From assembly GCA_024276825.1 (NCBI GenBank), contig JAJRWI010000004.1, forward strand, positions 6,506 through 70,505: 64,000 bases of DNA, in the 5' to 3' direction. This document shows, one piece after another, positions 19,319-29,222 of this stretch (the first letter of the stretch is position 1; each line of letters opens with the position of its first letter). The translations under genes were made by a program, and so were the position numbers. The notes beneath the pieces were generated by a model. That model had not been told where the DNA came from. It ran no database searches and worked only from the letters and a program-made list of their open reading frames with translations. This DNA comes from an archaeon (GTDB taxonomy: Archaea > Asgardarchaeota > Thorarchaeia > Thorarchaeales > Thorarchaeaceae).

Positions 19319-20371
19319 ATGCTAGTTATGGTTGGTATCGTCGGCTATGGAGTATACATACCAAGATATAGAATAAAAACGGAAGAGATCGCCAGAGTCT
19401 GGGGTGATGATGGCAAAAGGCTTGCCAAAGGTCTCGGGGTTTTTGAAAAGTCCGTGCCTGGACCTGATGAAGAAGTGGCGACCATTTCCGTCGAAGCGGC
19501 CAGAAACGCTGTAAAATATGCAGGAATTGATCCAAAGGATATTGGGGCAATCTATGTGGGTTCTGAATCCCATCCATATGCGGTAAAGCCCACTGGAACT
19601 ATTGTTGCAGAAGCACTCAGTTGTACAACTGATCTGACCTGTGCAGACTATGAGTTTGCATGTAAGGCGGGAACTGCGGCAATCCAAACCACGATGGGTC
19701 TTGTCCAGTCTAACATGATCAAGATTGGGTTGGCAATAGGAGCCGACACTGCCCAGGGGCGTCCGGGTGATGCTCTCGAATACAGTGCAGCAGCAGGCGG
19801 TGTTGCAATACTTGTTGGAATGGACAATGTGGTTGCCACCATAGAAGCGACCTCCTCATTCACAACTGATACCCCTGACTTTTGGCGTAGAGAGGGTGAA
19901 GACTTTCCTAGCCACGGAGCTCGATTTACAGGAGAACCAGCCTACTTCCGCCATGTGGGAGAAGGAGCTCGATTGCTCATGAGAAAGACTGGAACTACAA
20001 TTGATGATTTTGACTACTTTGTGTTTCACATGCCAAACGGAAAGTTTCCGCTTGCCATGGGTAGACAGTTGGGAGTTCCAAAGGAAAAACTCGAGGACAG
20101 TCTTGTAGTCAGACAAATCGTAAACACATATTCGGGCTCAGCAATGATGGGCTTAGCACGAGTGTTGGACATTGCAAAACCTGGTGATAAAATCTTCATG
20201 GTAAGCTATGGTTCAGGTGCTGGAAGTGATGCCTTTATTATTCGTGTGGAGAAAGAGATTCTGAATCATCGTGGCAAAGTCCCGACAGTAGATGATTTCA
20301 TTGCGAGGAAGACCTACATTGACTACTCAGAGTATGCCAAATACAGGAGAAAGATCAAGGCTCTTGCCTAA
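19319..20371 (+). CDS. hydroxymethylglutaryl-CoA synthase (archaeal type)
   Basis: 350 aa, thiolase-fold condensing enzyme ([21 protein letters not shown]). First gene of the HMGCS/thiolase/DUF35 trio. GAGGAG lies upstream. Confidence 0.9.
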   Translation: MLVMVGIVGYGVYIPRYRIKTEEIARVWGDDGKRLAKGLGVFEKSVPGPDEEVATISVEAARNAVKYAGIDPKDIGAIYVGSESHPYAVKPTGTIVAEALSCTTDLTCADYEFACKAGTAAIQTTMGLVQSNMIKIGLAIGADTAQGRPGDALEYSAAAGGVAILVGMDNVVATIEATSSFTTDTPDFWRREGEDFPSHGARFTGEPAYFRHVGEGARLLMRKTGTTIDDFDYFVFHMPNGKFPLAMGRQLGVPKEKLEDSLVVRQIVNTYSGSAMMGLARVLDIAKPGDKIFMVSYGSGAGSDAFIIRVEKEILNHRGKVPTVDDFIARKTYIDYSEYAKYRRKIKALA

Positions 20372-20383
20372 GGAGGAGATTGA

Positions 20384-21544
20384 ATGGGAAATAGAGTAGC
20401 AATTGCTGGAGTTGGACTTACCAAATTCGGTGAACTCTGGGATAAGAGTCTTAGAGACATCACGCTTGAAGCTGGAATGTATGCAATATTTGATGCAGGA
20501 ATCAAAGGAAGCGAAATTGATGCCGTGACCATTGGCAATATGAGCGCCGGCAGATTCACTGGACAGGAGCACCTAGGTGCCCTTGCGGTCGATCAGGGTG
20601 GCCTTGGAACAATACCTGCGTATAGTGTTGAGGCCGCCTGTGCCAGTGGTGGTGCAGCTGTTAGACATGCCTACATGGCAATAAAGTCTGGCGAGCATGA
20701 TGCGATTCTCGTTCTGGGTTCTGAAAAGATGAGTGATGTGAATCAGTCACAAGCAATGGACACAGTTAGCGTTGCCTCAGACTGGGAGTGGGAAGGTCTC
20801 TTTGGTGCAACTTTTCCGGCACTCTATGCATTTATGGCACGAAGGCATATGCTCGAATATGGTACAACTGAAGAACAACTGAGTCTTGTAACAGTCAAGA
20901 ACCATGCAAATGCGGCCAATAACCCATGGGCTCAATTTCAGAGGCCTGTACCATTGGAGATCGTGATGAACTCTGGGCTTATCGCCGATCCAATCAGGGT
21001 CTTACACTCATCACCAATCAGCGATGGTGCAGCAGGTCTGATTATGTGCACTGAAGAGAAAGCCAAGGAACTCACAGACATTCCCGTTTACATTGAGGCA
21101 TCCACACAGGCCAGTGATACATTGGCCCTACATGATCGTGAGGACATTACAACAATGGCTGCCGTGAAGAAGTCATCTCGCGAAGCACTGCAGAAGGCGG
21201 GTCTGACCATTAATGATATCGATGTCTTTGAGGTCCATGATAGTTTCACAATAGGTGAGATAATAATCACCGAAGATATTGGGATAACTGAAAAGGGAAA
21301 CGGTGGTAGGATAGTGGAAGAGGGACTCACAGCCCTCGATGGTAAATTCCCAGTCAATCCCTCTGGTGGCCTTAAAGCGCGTGGTCATCCAATAGGAGCC
21401 ACAGGTGTCGCTCAGATTGCTGAACTGGTCCTTCAACTCAGGGGCGATGCTGAGAAACGACAGGTTGATGGTGCTGAGACCGCTATGGCAGTTAATATTG
21501 GAGGCACGGGTGCAACCTCAATTGTACACATCTTAAGGAGGTAA
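20384..21544 (+). CDS. acetyl-CoA C-acetyltransferase (thiolase)
   Basis: 386 aa. EAACASGG active-site Cys region and C-terminal GHPIGATG...NIGGTG. Starts 12 nt after HMGCS with a GGAGGAG SD. Confidence 0.9.
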   Translation: MGNRVAIAGVGLTKFGELWDKSLRDITLEAGMYAIFDAGIKGSEIDAVTIGNMSAGRFTGQEHLGALAVDQGGLGTIPAYSVEAACASGGAAVRHAYMAIKSGEHDAILVLGSEKMSDVNQSQAMDTVSVASDWEWEGLFGATFPALYAFMARRHMLEYGTTEEQLSLVTVKNHANAANNPWAQFQRPVPLEIVMNSGLIADPIRVLHSSPISDGAAGLIMCTEEKAKELTDIPVYIEASTQASDTLALHDREDITTMAAVKKSSREALQKAGLTINDIDVFEVHDSFTIGEIIITEDIGITEKGNGGRIVEEGLTALDGKFPVNPSGGLKARGHPIGATGVAQIAELVLQLRGDAEKRQVDGAETAMAVNIGGTGATSIVHILRR

Positions 21545-21548
21545 TCGA

Positions 21549-21977
21549 ATGGGAGAACAAGGTGTAGCACATGTCTGGAGAAAACTGAGAGCCATCTACA
21601 ACATTGAAGGTAACCACTGCAAGACCTGCGACTCATACTTCTTTCCGCCACGTCTGGTCTGTCCCAATTGCAGAAGAAAAGGACAGCTTGAAGAGCATCA
21701 TTTCAAGGGCCTTGGAAAGGTCCATACTTTCGCAATTGTTAGGCAGGCCCCAGAGGGCTTCAAGAGACAGGTCCCATATATTGTGGCTCAGGTTGAACTC
21801 GATGAGGGTGTGCGTCTGACAGCGCAGATTGTCAACTGTGATCCTGAGGATGTAGAGATTGGGATGCGTGTTCGTGCATGCTTTCGAAAGATCACCGAGT
21901 ACGGCGAACGTGGAATCATAGTTTATGGATACAAGTTTGAACCTGTGCTGAAGGTCACTGGACACCCCTATCCTTAA
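21549..21977 (+). CDS. DUF35 OB-fold / zinc-ribbon protein (scaffold of the thiolase/HMGCS complex)
   Basis: CKTCDSYFFPPRLVCPNCRR zinc ribbon followed by an OB-fold segment. Starts 4 nt after the thiolase gene with a GGAGG SD. Confidence 0.85.
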   Translation: MGEQGVAHVWRKLRAIYNIEGNHCKTCDSYFFPPRLVCPNCRRKGQLEEHHFKGLGKVHTFAIVRQAPEGFKRQVPYIVAQVELDEGVRLTAQIVNCDPEDVEIGMRVRACFRKITEYGERGIIVYGYKFEPVLKVTGHPYP

Positions 21978-21990
21978 ACTGATAATGCTG

Positions 21991-22680
21991 TTAGAGCTCT
22001 ATCTCGGTAATGGTGCCAACTGCTGGGATTGATACATTGTATACGAGTGTCTTTCCCAGCTGAGCTCTATATCTTACAGATCCATGCACATGTCCATGAA
22101 TCACCAAATCTGGTTGATGCTCCATTATCACTGTGTAAAACTTGCGACTTCCCAGCCATCCAAAGGTTCTGCTGTCCTCTCCTTCACAGGTTTCTAGACA
22201 TGGACTATAATGCATTAACAGGATTCTAAAGTCAACTTTGTTCATTAACTTGTTCAATAGAAATGCAGCTCGTTCTGCTCTCTGAACATATAGCCTACGG
22301 ATATTGGGGATCATTCGTTTCTGCCAGTTAGTAGGTCTATCAAGAGAGCCCTGAGTTCCTATGATGCCCACTTTTATGCCTTGAATTTCTTGGGTCACTA
22401 ACTTTTCGTCCAAGAATATGACTCTGTGCCCATCTGATGAGAGCAGCTCCTTGCGCGACTCTGCATATTCCTCATTGCCAAAGCACGCAATGATTGGGAA
22501 CCCATCCCCTAGAATCTGATGGATCAGATCGACAAGTTTTGGAAACTCATCAATTTTGCCACGATTTATCATATCACCTGCCATCAGAAACAGGTCAGGA
22601 GTGTTAACCCGTTCGAGACCCCTGATGAAATCATCATAATAGCGGGGGCTGTGAACATCTGACACTGCTAGTATTCTCAT
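21991..22680 (-). CDS. metallophosphoesterase (calcineurin-like)
   Basis: MRILAVSDVHSP, MAGDMINRG, FGNEEY and IHGHVHG motifs. Confidence 0.85.
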   Translation of the reverse strand: MRILAVSDVHSPRYYDDFIRGLERVNTPDLFLMAGDMINRGKIDEFPKLVDLIHQILGDGFPIIACFGNEEYAESRKELLSSDGHRVIFLDEKLVTQEIQGIKVGIIGTQGSLDRPTNWQKRMIPNIRRLYVQRAERAAFLLNKLMNKVDFRILLMHYSPCLETCEGEDSRTFGWLGSRKFYTVIMEHQPDLVIHGHVHGSVRYRAQLGKTLVYNVSIPAVGTITEIEL

Positions 22681-22740
22681 GGCATTTACGAATCATGATT
22701 AATGAGTAGAGTTATTAAAGTTTAGACAATCGGGTAGAAT

Positions 22741-23742
22741 GTGAAAGAAGAAAGGACAATTGCACTCAATCTTTTTGATCGGCTGCATCTTGGACATCAG
22801 GTGCTTATTGACCGCCTTTCTGAGATGCCCAATCCAATCGCAGGAGTGAGTGATGGCGGTCTAATAGGCAGTGAACTCGAACTTGCTGAAATCATACAGC
22901 CTGTTGATTTGCGAGTTGAGAACTTAAAAGCGTATTTGTCCGAATCAAGGCTTGATAGAATTGATGTTCAAGTGTTCTCTAGTTATGATGCCCTTTTGAA
23001 CATACAAGGACCAGTCAGGTTTTTGATGTTCATGGGCCCATGTTGTAGTGAGATTGAAGAACACATAATCAAATCACTGCAGGCAGATTCTAAGCCGAAA
23101 GTGTCCTTTGAATTCATGAAGCCCGTAAGGGCAAATGATGGCGACAAACTGTCATCTGCAAGAATTAGACTGGGGGAGATTGATCGATCGGGTCGCCCAC
23201 TCGTAGGCACTGACGAACCCCCCAGAAGACTCGGCGAAGAACTAAGGAAGGACCTCCAGACCCCGAAGGGCGAGGTCTTTGCAGCCAAGGATGGAAATCC
23301 CGAGGAACGAGTAGTAGAGAAGATCTATCATGAGGGGCCGCCTTGCATTATTGCAGTTGGCGATGTCACATGCGCAACCCTTGCTGAAGTTAATTACTTT
23401 CCTGATGTTCAAGTGATAGATGGCATAACTAAGCGTGGACGATATGCTCGTGAATTCAAAGCCCACATCGAGTATACGATATACAATCCCCCTGCTACTA
23501 TTTATCCTGAAGCATGGTCAGCGATGAAGACTGCCATCAAGAATAAAAGAACTACTCTGATCAAGGTTGAAGGCGAAGAAGACCTACTTGGATTCCCTGC
23601 TGCATTACTTGCACCTGATGACGCTGTCTTGCTCTATGGCCAACCCGATGTTGGAATTGTCTGGGTTCCAATAAATGATGAGAACCGACGGCGTGCAAGA
23701 GCGTTTCTTGAAGCCATGCCAATCATCACTTGTAATGACTAG
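22741..23742 (+). CDS. fusion protein: archaeal phosphopantetheine adenylyltransferase-like N-domain + DUF359 GTP-dependent dephospho-CoA kinase C-domain
   Basis: N-domain: FDRLHLGHQVLI (HxGH nucleotidyltransferase motif) and SSARIRLGEIDRSGR. C-domain: AVGDVTCATL, VIDGITKRG, VEGEEDLLGFPAALLAP and LLYGQPDVGIVWV, typical of DUF359/COG1909. GTG start only. Confidence 0.75.
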   Translation: MKEERTIALNLFDRLHLGHQVLIDRLSEMPNPIAGVSDGGLIGSELELAEIIQPVDLRVENLKAYLSESRLDRIDVQVFSSYDALLNIQGPVRFLMFMGPCCSEIEEHIIKSLQADSKPKVSFEFMKPVRANDGDKLSSARIRLGEIDRSGRPLVGTDEPPRRLGEELRKDLQTPKGEVFAAKDGNPEERVVEKIYHEGPPCIIAVGDVTCATLAEVNYFPDVQVIDGITKRGRYAREFKAHIEYTIYNPPATIYPEAWSAMKTAIKNKRTTLIKVEGEEDLLGFPAALLAPDDAVLLYGQPDVGIVWVPINDENRRRARAFLEAMPIITCND

Positions 23743-25254
23743 CTAACGCATGGCATCTGGAATTTTGGAAATGCAGTCTGTGGCTGTAATATGTTCTCCA
23801 TGATCTTCAACAGCCTTCTCACCTGCAAGTCCCGAAACATACGCTGCTGCCGCAGCTGCAAAGAATGCTCTCTCACCTCTCGCCATAAATGACGCACAGA
23901 TTCCTGTAAGCACATCGCCTGTTCCTCCAACCGTCATTGCAGGAGTCCCAGTTCTATTTAATTTATAACTTCCATCTGGCATTGCAATAACGTCAATTGC
24001 TCCTTTCAAAAGCACCGTGGAATTGTACATCTTTGCTGCATCATTTGCTTTCTCAATGCGCCTTTCTAGACCCCCTGAATCCTTGATGTGCGAATGCAGT
24101 AATATATTCAACTCTCCCCAATGAGGCGTAAGGATGCATCTTTCTGGGTCAAAGGTAAGACCCGATCCTGATAATGCCTTAAGACCATCGGCATCAATAA
24201 CTAATGTTTTCTTCAGCTCAGTCAAAGAATGAGCTAGCTTCACAACTGCAATGCTTGTTTCGTGGTCAAGACCTAGACCCGGACCTATCACAATCACATC
24301 AGAACTCTGTGAAGCCACTATTATCTTATCAATTGACTCATCAGTCAAGATGTTTTCATCAAGTGCTTGGACCATTAGGTTGGGACTGTAAGAACGGATG
24401 GCAGGAACTACTGGATTTGGTGCCATTATTGAAACAAGATCGGCACCTGCACGCAGAGCCGCCATGCCTGCTAAGGCGGGGGCCCCGGAAAAGACATCAC
24501 TCCCCCCAATTATGAGAATTCTTCCAAAGTCTCCCTTATGCGAATCAGGTTTTCTGGGTCGATTGAACAGCCACAGGTCGCCAGGTCCAGCAGTAATTTC
24601 AGCTTCTGGTGGGATCCCAATTGGCACTAGATAGAGTTCACCTACATATTCCTCAGCATTTAGAAGTCCTGTCTTGGGCGCATGAAGTGTGATTGTGGTA
24701 TCAGCCTTAACTGCCATTCCCATGACCTCCCCCGTGTCTGAATTGATGCCAGTTGGCACATCAACCGAATACTTTGTTGCTGATGCCTTGTTAATCACCT
24801 TGACCGCTGTCGCTATTGGTTCTCGAAGTTTCGACTTTAAGCCAAATCCCATAAGTGCATCGATTATAATGTCAGCTTTGCTAATCGATTTGCAACTCTT
24901 GATCTGTGACTCTGTTGGAAGTGCGACATTTGGGATTGTTCGCATGCTATTCAAGATGTCCCAATTGAATACAGTGTCCGGACTTGAAATATGACGCTCG
25001 GAACCAATGAGATAGACCTCCACATCTGCGCCAGCCTCATTCAGGTGGCGTGCGGCAACCATGCCATCGCCGCCATTGCCTCCACCTCCGCATAGGATGA
25101 CTACTAGTCTTGAGTCGAGGTCTTCATTCATCTCAACTATTCTGGCAACTTCTCTCCCTGCCTGCTGCATCAACATGCTAAGTTCTATGCCCAAATACTG
25201 AGCATTCAATTCCAGGACACGCATCTCTTTTGAGGTCATTGGAGTGTGCTTCAT
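23743..25254 (-). CDS. nnr: bifunctional NAD(P)H-hydrate repair enzyme (epimerase + ADP-dependent dehydratase)
   Basis: 503 aa. YjeF_N part has CGGGGNGGDG and the C-terminal kinase-like part has GGTGDVLTG. Confidence 0.9.
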   Translation of the reverse strand: MKHTPMTSKEMRVLELNAQYLGIELSMLMQQAGREVARIVEMNEDLDSRLVVILCGGGGNGGDGMVAARHLNEAGADVEVYLIGSERHISSPDTVFNWDILNSMRTIPNVALPTESQIKSCKSISKADIIIDALMGFGLKSKLREPIATAVKVINKASATKYSVDVPTGINSDTGEVMGMAVKADTTITLHAPKTGLLNAEEYVGELYLVPIGIPPEAEITAGPGDLWLFNRPRKPDSHKGDFGRILIIGGSDVFSGAPALAGMAALRAGADLVSIMAPNPVVPAIRSYSPNLMVQALDENILTDESIDKIIVASQSSDVIVIGPGLGLDHETSIAVVKLAHSLTELKKTLVIDADGLKALSGSGLTFDPERCILTPHWGELNILLHSHIKDSGGLERRIEKANDAAKMYNSTVLLKGAIDVIAMPDGSYKLNRTGTPAMTVGGTGDVLTGICASFMARGERAFFAAAAAAYVSGLAGEKAVEDHGEHITATDCISKIPDAMR

Positions 25255-25357
25255 ATCTCAATCACTCTCTAATCATATAATGCAATTTCTACTTCATACC
25301 TATTTGTCTTTGGTTGTAATGACCTCTGAACAAGTCCTCATTCATGGGTGGTCATAA

Positions 25358-25975
25358 TCACTGTCCCTCCACATAAAACTCATACTCATCATTTGGCTTC
25401 ATTTGAAGCCAATAGCAACATATACTCACAAAGATCGCAACGCCTCCAAACAATACTAGATTTCCAAAATCAATTACTGATTGAGGTTCCATGATATCTT
25501 GCATAGTGATAGCTTGGATTGTGGTTTCATTCCAGTTTCCGAGAGTGTCATTAGCCATAAACTTCAGCAATAACACCAATTTAGACACTCCAATTGTGCT
25601 AAATGTGATATTTCCGAGATATGTGTTGCGACTAGAATTCGTTGGAACATGTTGCAATGTTGTGTTTTTCCAAGAGTCTGTCCACTCATTTGGTTCTCTC
25701 ACAGACAACTGCCATGACACAAGTGCTGTGTCCACGCCATCGATATCCCATATATCGGCCCATACTACTAATGTCTGATCAGTTCTTTGAACTCCTCCTG
25801 ATATATGGATACTTTCTGTGAAGTTCTCAATTATCGGCGCATCGCTCTCAGCTAGAGTCCAAACAATGCTTTGATGATTCAGTCCTATTTGATAGGAATG
25901 ACTGGACGAAACTCCCGAAATAAAAGTGAATATTAAAACAATGCAGACTATCTTACATCTTCTGAAGAGAATCAT
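25358..25975 (-). CDS. hypothetical secreted/membrane-anchored protein
   Basis: 205 aa with an N-terminal signal-like segment, several N-x-S/T sequons and a C-terminal TM helix (LVLFGGVAIFVSICCYWL). Confidence 0.5.
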   Translation of the reverse strand: MILFRRCKIVCIVLIFTFISGVSSSHSYQIGLNHQSIVWTLAESDAPIIENFTESIHISGGVQRTDQTLVVWADIWDIDGVDTALVSWQLSVREPNEWTDSWKNTTLQHVPTNSSRNTYLGNITFSTIGVSKLVLLLKFMANDTLGNWNETTIQAITMQDIMEPQSVIDFGNLVLFGGVAIFVSICCYWLQMKPNDEYEFYVEGQ

Positions 25976-26162
25976 CTCTTAATCACTGAATGTTTTGAAT
26001 TTTACAAGATATGTTTTTCTCAAAGAACTTGTTAAAATTAACAAGGCCAAATTGAAAACTGCTGTTTTCCGTCCAAAACCCATTTATTCGGCAATTTTAT
26101 TTGAATTCAATTTCAATTTCTTTTTGCTATTATTGTAATTTCTATAGTGTATCGGGTCCGCT

Positions 26163-28127
26163 ATGGTTGGGTGGAAGAATATGATAAGTCTGAAGAAAAT
26201 TCTAGTGTTGGTTCTAGTGAGTATGATGCTATTATCTCTTAGTCCAACTCAAGGAATAGTTGGACAAATGGAAGAACAGGGGCAAATGCAAGGAAATGTA
26301 ATGGTCCTCGCAAGCTACACCCCTCATGCTCCCTTTAACATAACTTGCAATAAGGACTTTATTGATCAGGGATGGCCAGGTTCAGGCACCACAAGTGATC
26401 CATATATCATCTCAGGTTTGAATATCACCGATGAGAATCAAGCAATATGGATCTTCAACACATCCGCTTATGTTGTCATTGAAGACTGCTATTTCAGAGT
26501 CACTAACACAACTAAGTTGATTGCAATATATCTGGCAAATGCAAGCAATATTGCTTTACGTGGTTCAATATTAACAGCCCTTGGTTATAATTTGGTTGTT
26601 CAAAATATGACAAATCTTGAAGTCAAAAACTGCACTCTCAATGGTGGTCTGGGCACTAATGCTGTATTTGCAAATGTGCATAATGCCATGATCGAATACA
26701 ATCAATTCAGTCCTGGGTACTATGACACAAATGCTGTGAATTTTGCTGGCGTTGAAAATGTCACATTTCAGCACAATCTGATTGATGGTTTTCAATGGAG
26801 TGGGATAGAATGGGGATATGCCAGCTCTGACTGCTTAGCATACAACAACACCTTAATTGGTTCCACTACTGATCCATTTTTGCAAGCATTCTATGGTATA
26901 ATTATAGAGGGCGACTCGGCGGTTGATATCATTGATAACAGAATTCAAAATGCTTCAGTAGGCATCCTTCTTCAGAACTACAGTTCAACAGTGGAATTGA
27001 ACACAATCACTTATTGCACCACAGGCATTGTGTTGCAGGACTCTGTTGGGGCCTCTGTCCACAACAATTTCATCAATTGCACATTTGGAATTGATTTGCA
27101 AAGCACTGTGGATTGCACCATTCAATTGAACACAATTAGGGCCCTACATTCTGGGATAACGCTTGCTCAGTCTCTGAGAGCCAATGTGAATAGCAACACA
27201 ATATCATCACGCGTAAATGGTATTGTTCTATATAATGCCAACAATTTTGGACAGGACGCACCGCATCTGGAGTTCTGCGATATAAGCAATAATTACCTCT
27301 CTGGTGGTGGATTTCAATTTATGGTTAATGATGTATCCGAACTAAATCATAAAATAAGGGGCAATGTCCTTAATGGCGGTGCATATGGATATTTCCTTTC
27401 CAACGAGAGTATCACTATTGATGGTGAATTATTCAGATCATTGACTCTGGTGAATGTTTCAGATGTGACAGTCAAAGGTGGAGAGTTTCAAAACACAACC
27501 GTGGGAATTGAGGTCTTATATTCACATGATGTGACAATCACGGATGCGATAGTTCATAACACAACCTATGGAATCAGCTTGAAAGAGTCCCTTGAATGTG
27601 ATATCACCAATAATCATCTCTACTATAATGGGATGCCTTTGAAATGGCAGCATTTGTATATACAGATGGGAGCTGCAATCTCCATTGAAAACTCTCGCAA
27701 TGGCACCATGAACAATAATGACATCCACGACAACTACGATGGCATTGCACTTGCTTCCACAAACAACTTCCTCATAACTTACAACTTGATCTATAATAAT
27801 TCCAATTACGGAATCTCTCTTGATGGATTATGCTCCAATAACCGCATTTACCAAAATCAAATTGGTTGGAATGGAATCAATGCCAAGGCACAAGCGGCTA
27901 GCAACTACTGGGACGATGGTGTATCGATGGGCAATTACTGGTCTGATTACGATGGCTCTGGTGAATATGAAGTACTGCCTAATGGCCTTGACCATTATCC
28001 AAAACTACTCACCCATCTGATGCCATTCATGACTGAGGGAATTCCCCTCGATGCCACTATCATTCTTATTGGCGGAGTGGCCATAGGTGTGATTGCAGTG
28101 GCTATAATCTTTCTAAAGAAACGATGA
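26163..28127 (+). CDS. surface protein with parallel beta-helix (PbH1/NosD-like) repeats and C-terminal TM anchor
   Basis: 654 aa with a signal-like N-terminus and many ~22-aa N/I/G-rich repeats (NTITYCTTGIVLQDS, NFINCTFGIDLQS, NLIYNNSNYGISLD). C-terminal TM is IILIGGVAIGVIAVAIIF followed by KKR. Confidence 0.7.
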   Translation: MVGWKNMISLKKILVLVLVSMMLLSLSPTQGIVGQMEEQGQMQGNVMVLASYTPHAPFNITCNKDFIDQGWPGSGTTSDPYIISGLNITDENQAIWIFNTSAYVVIEDCYFRVTNTTKLIAIYLANASNIALRGSILTALGYNLVVQNMTNLEVKNCTLNGGLGTNAVFANVHNAMIEYNQFSPGYYDTNAVNFAGVENVTFQHNLIDGFQWSGIEWGYASSDCLAYNNTLIGSTTDPFLQAFYGIIIEGDSAVDIIDNRIQNASVGILLQNYSSTVELNTITYCTTGIVLQDSVGASVHNNFINCTFGIDLQSTVDCTIQLNTIRALHSGITLAQSLRANVNSNTISSRVNGIVLYNANNFGQDAPHLEFCDISNNYLSGGGFQFMVNDVSELNHKIRGNVLNGGAYGYFLSNESITIDGELFRSLTLVNVSDVTVKGGEFQNTTVGIEVLYSHDVTITDAIVHNTTYGISLKESLECDITNNHLYYNGMPLKWQHLYIQMGAAISIENSRNGTMNNNDIHDNYDGIALASTNNFLITYNLIYNNSNYGISLDGLCSNNRIYQNQIGWNGINAKAQAASNYWDDGVSMGNYWSDYDGSGEYEVLPNGLDHYPKLLTHLMPFMTEGIPLDATIILIGGVAIGVIAVAIIFLKKR

Positions 28128-28135
28128 ATATCTAT

Positions 28136-28180
28136 GAGCATGATGGCAAATGCCCGCTCATGCTCTCCCTTCCTTTTTGT
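28136..28180. terminator. hairpin plus T-rich tract between convergent genes
   Basis: gagcatga (28136-28143) pairs with tcatgctc (28158-28165) and is followed by tcccttcctttttgtttc. Confidence 0.45.
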
Positions 28181-28213
28181 TTCATGTTCTTTCAGGCAGG
28201 CTCTTGGTATCTT

Positions 28214-29161
28214 TCAGAGTGAATTACTGATTTTGGTACAAAGTTCAGCCAGCATCCTAGCTCTTGGTCCGAATAGGTAAAGGATTGGCTCAATACCAAT
28301 TCCTCCGGGTACATGTATTGCAATCAGTTCTTTTGTCCTTGGTCTTCTCTTGATTGCGATCTCAGTTGCTTTAATTATGTCATCAGCATCAGCAAATGCC
28401 CTATTCAACGAGATTACATAAAATCCCTGTTTCTTTGCAGCACTTATAATTTCTTCACTACCCCGTATGCAAAGGCATGCATGCACTGCTTCAAACTTCT
28501 CCTTTGCCCATAATAGAATGCTTGCAGTATGTCTTGATGCACCAAACTGTGGACTGCTGTGAATTGTCGCTCGCCCATTGAATATGAATATCCTCCCTGG
28601 CACCCCCAACACATCAGCAGTTGTGGTCGCATCTTTAAGACAGACGACAAGATTTGCCCTAACCTGAGGGATCACTCTCTCAAAGGCATCATTGACTTCT
28701 AGTATCTCCAGTGCGGCGTTCATATCACTCAATAGCTTTGCCCGTTCACCAAGTTCTATTGGCTCATTCCTGATGAGGTCACTACAAATTTGACATTTCT
28801 CGTTTCCAAGCTCTCTAACAGACCCCTGATGAGCCTTGCATATTGCCCCTCCAATTCTCATCTCGATGCAGTGTTTGCAGATCTCATACACCATGCGGCT
28901 CACTGTTTCACTCTCATCGAGAATCATTTGTTCCAGTTTTTGGACTGCGGTATCTATCTTATCAAGAGGAAGACAAGTGGATGGCTGCTGCTTTAGATAC
29001 TTGCTGACTGCAGCCTGTGTTATCAATAGTTTCTCTGCTATCTCTATCTGAGAAACTCCTCGGTCATTCAATCTCCTTGACAGTCGCGCTCTGAGAACTG
29101 GGAGGTATTCCTTTTGCACAAGTTCGCATGGTGGTCTCATTGACTTCACCCACGGCAACAT
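28214..29161 (-). CDS. thiR: ThiR-like regulator: N-terminal HTH + C-terminal ThiN (thiamine-phosphate synthase-like) domain
   Basis: The HTH is GVSQIEIAEKLLITQAAVSKYLK. The C-terminal half has GVPGRIFIFNG...FGASRHTASILL, typical of the ThiN fold. It is divergent from an ABC importer with a ThiB-like binding protein. Confidence 0.6.
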   Translation of the reverse strand: MLPWVKSMRPPCELVQKEYLPVLRARLSRRLNDRGVSQIEIAEKLLITQAAVSKYLKQQPSTCLPLDKIDTAVQKLEQMILDESETVSRMVYEICKHCIEMRIGGAICKAHQGSVRELGNEKCQICSDLIRNEPIELGERAKLLSDMNAALEILEVNDAFERVIPQVRANLVVCLKDATTTADVLGVPGRIFIFNGRATIHSSPQFGASRHTASILLWAKEKFEAVHACLCIRGSEEIISAAKKQGFYVISLNRAFADADDIIKATEIAIKRRPRTKELIAIHVPGGIGIEPILYLFGPRARMLAELCTKISNSL

Positions 29162-29222
29162 ATTTATTCAGGTGTTTTCTATAACTGGGTTGTATAACTC
29201 AAATATAAAGGTGATTGGTCTT
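29162..29222. promoter_or_regulatory. 61-bp divergent promoter/operator region with direct repeat TATAACT-n6-TATAACT
   Basis: tataact occurs at 29180-29186 and 29193-29199. An A/T box aaatataaag sits at 29201-29210, with aaaggtga before ATG 29223. Confidence 0.4.
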
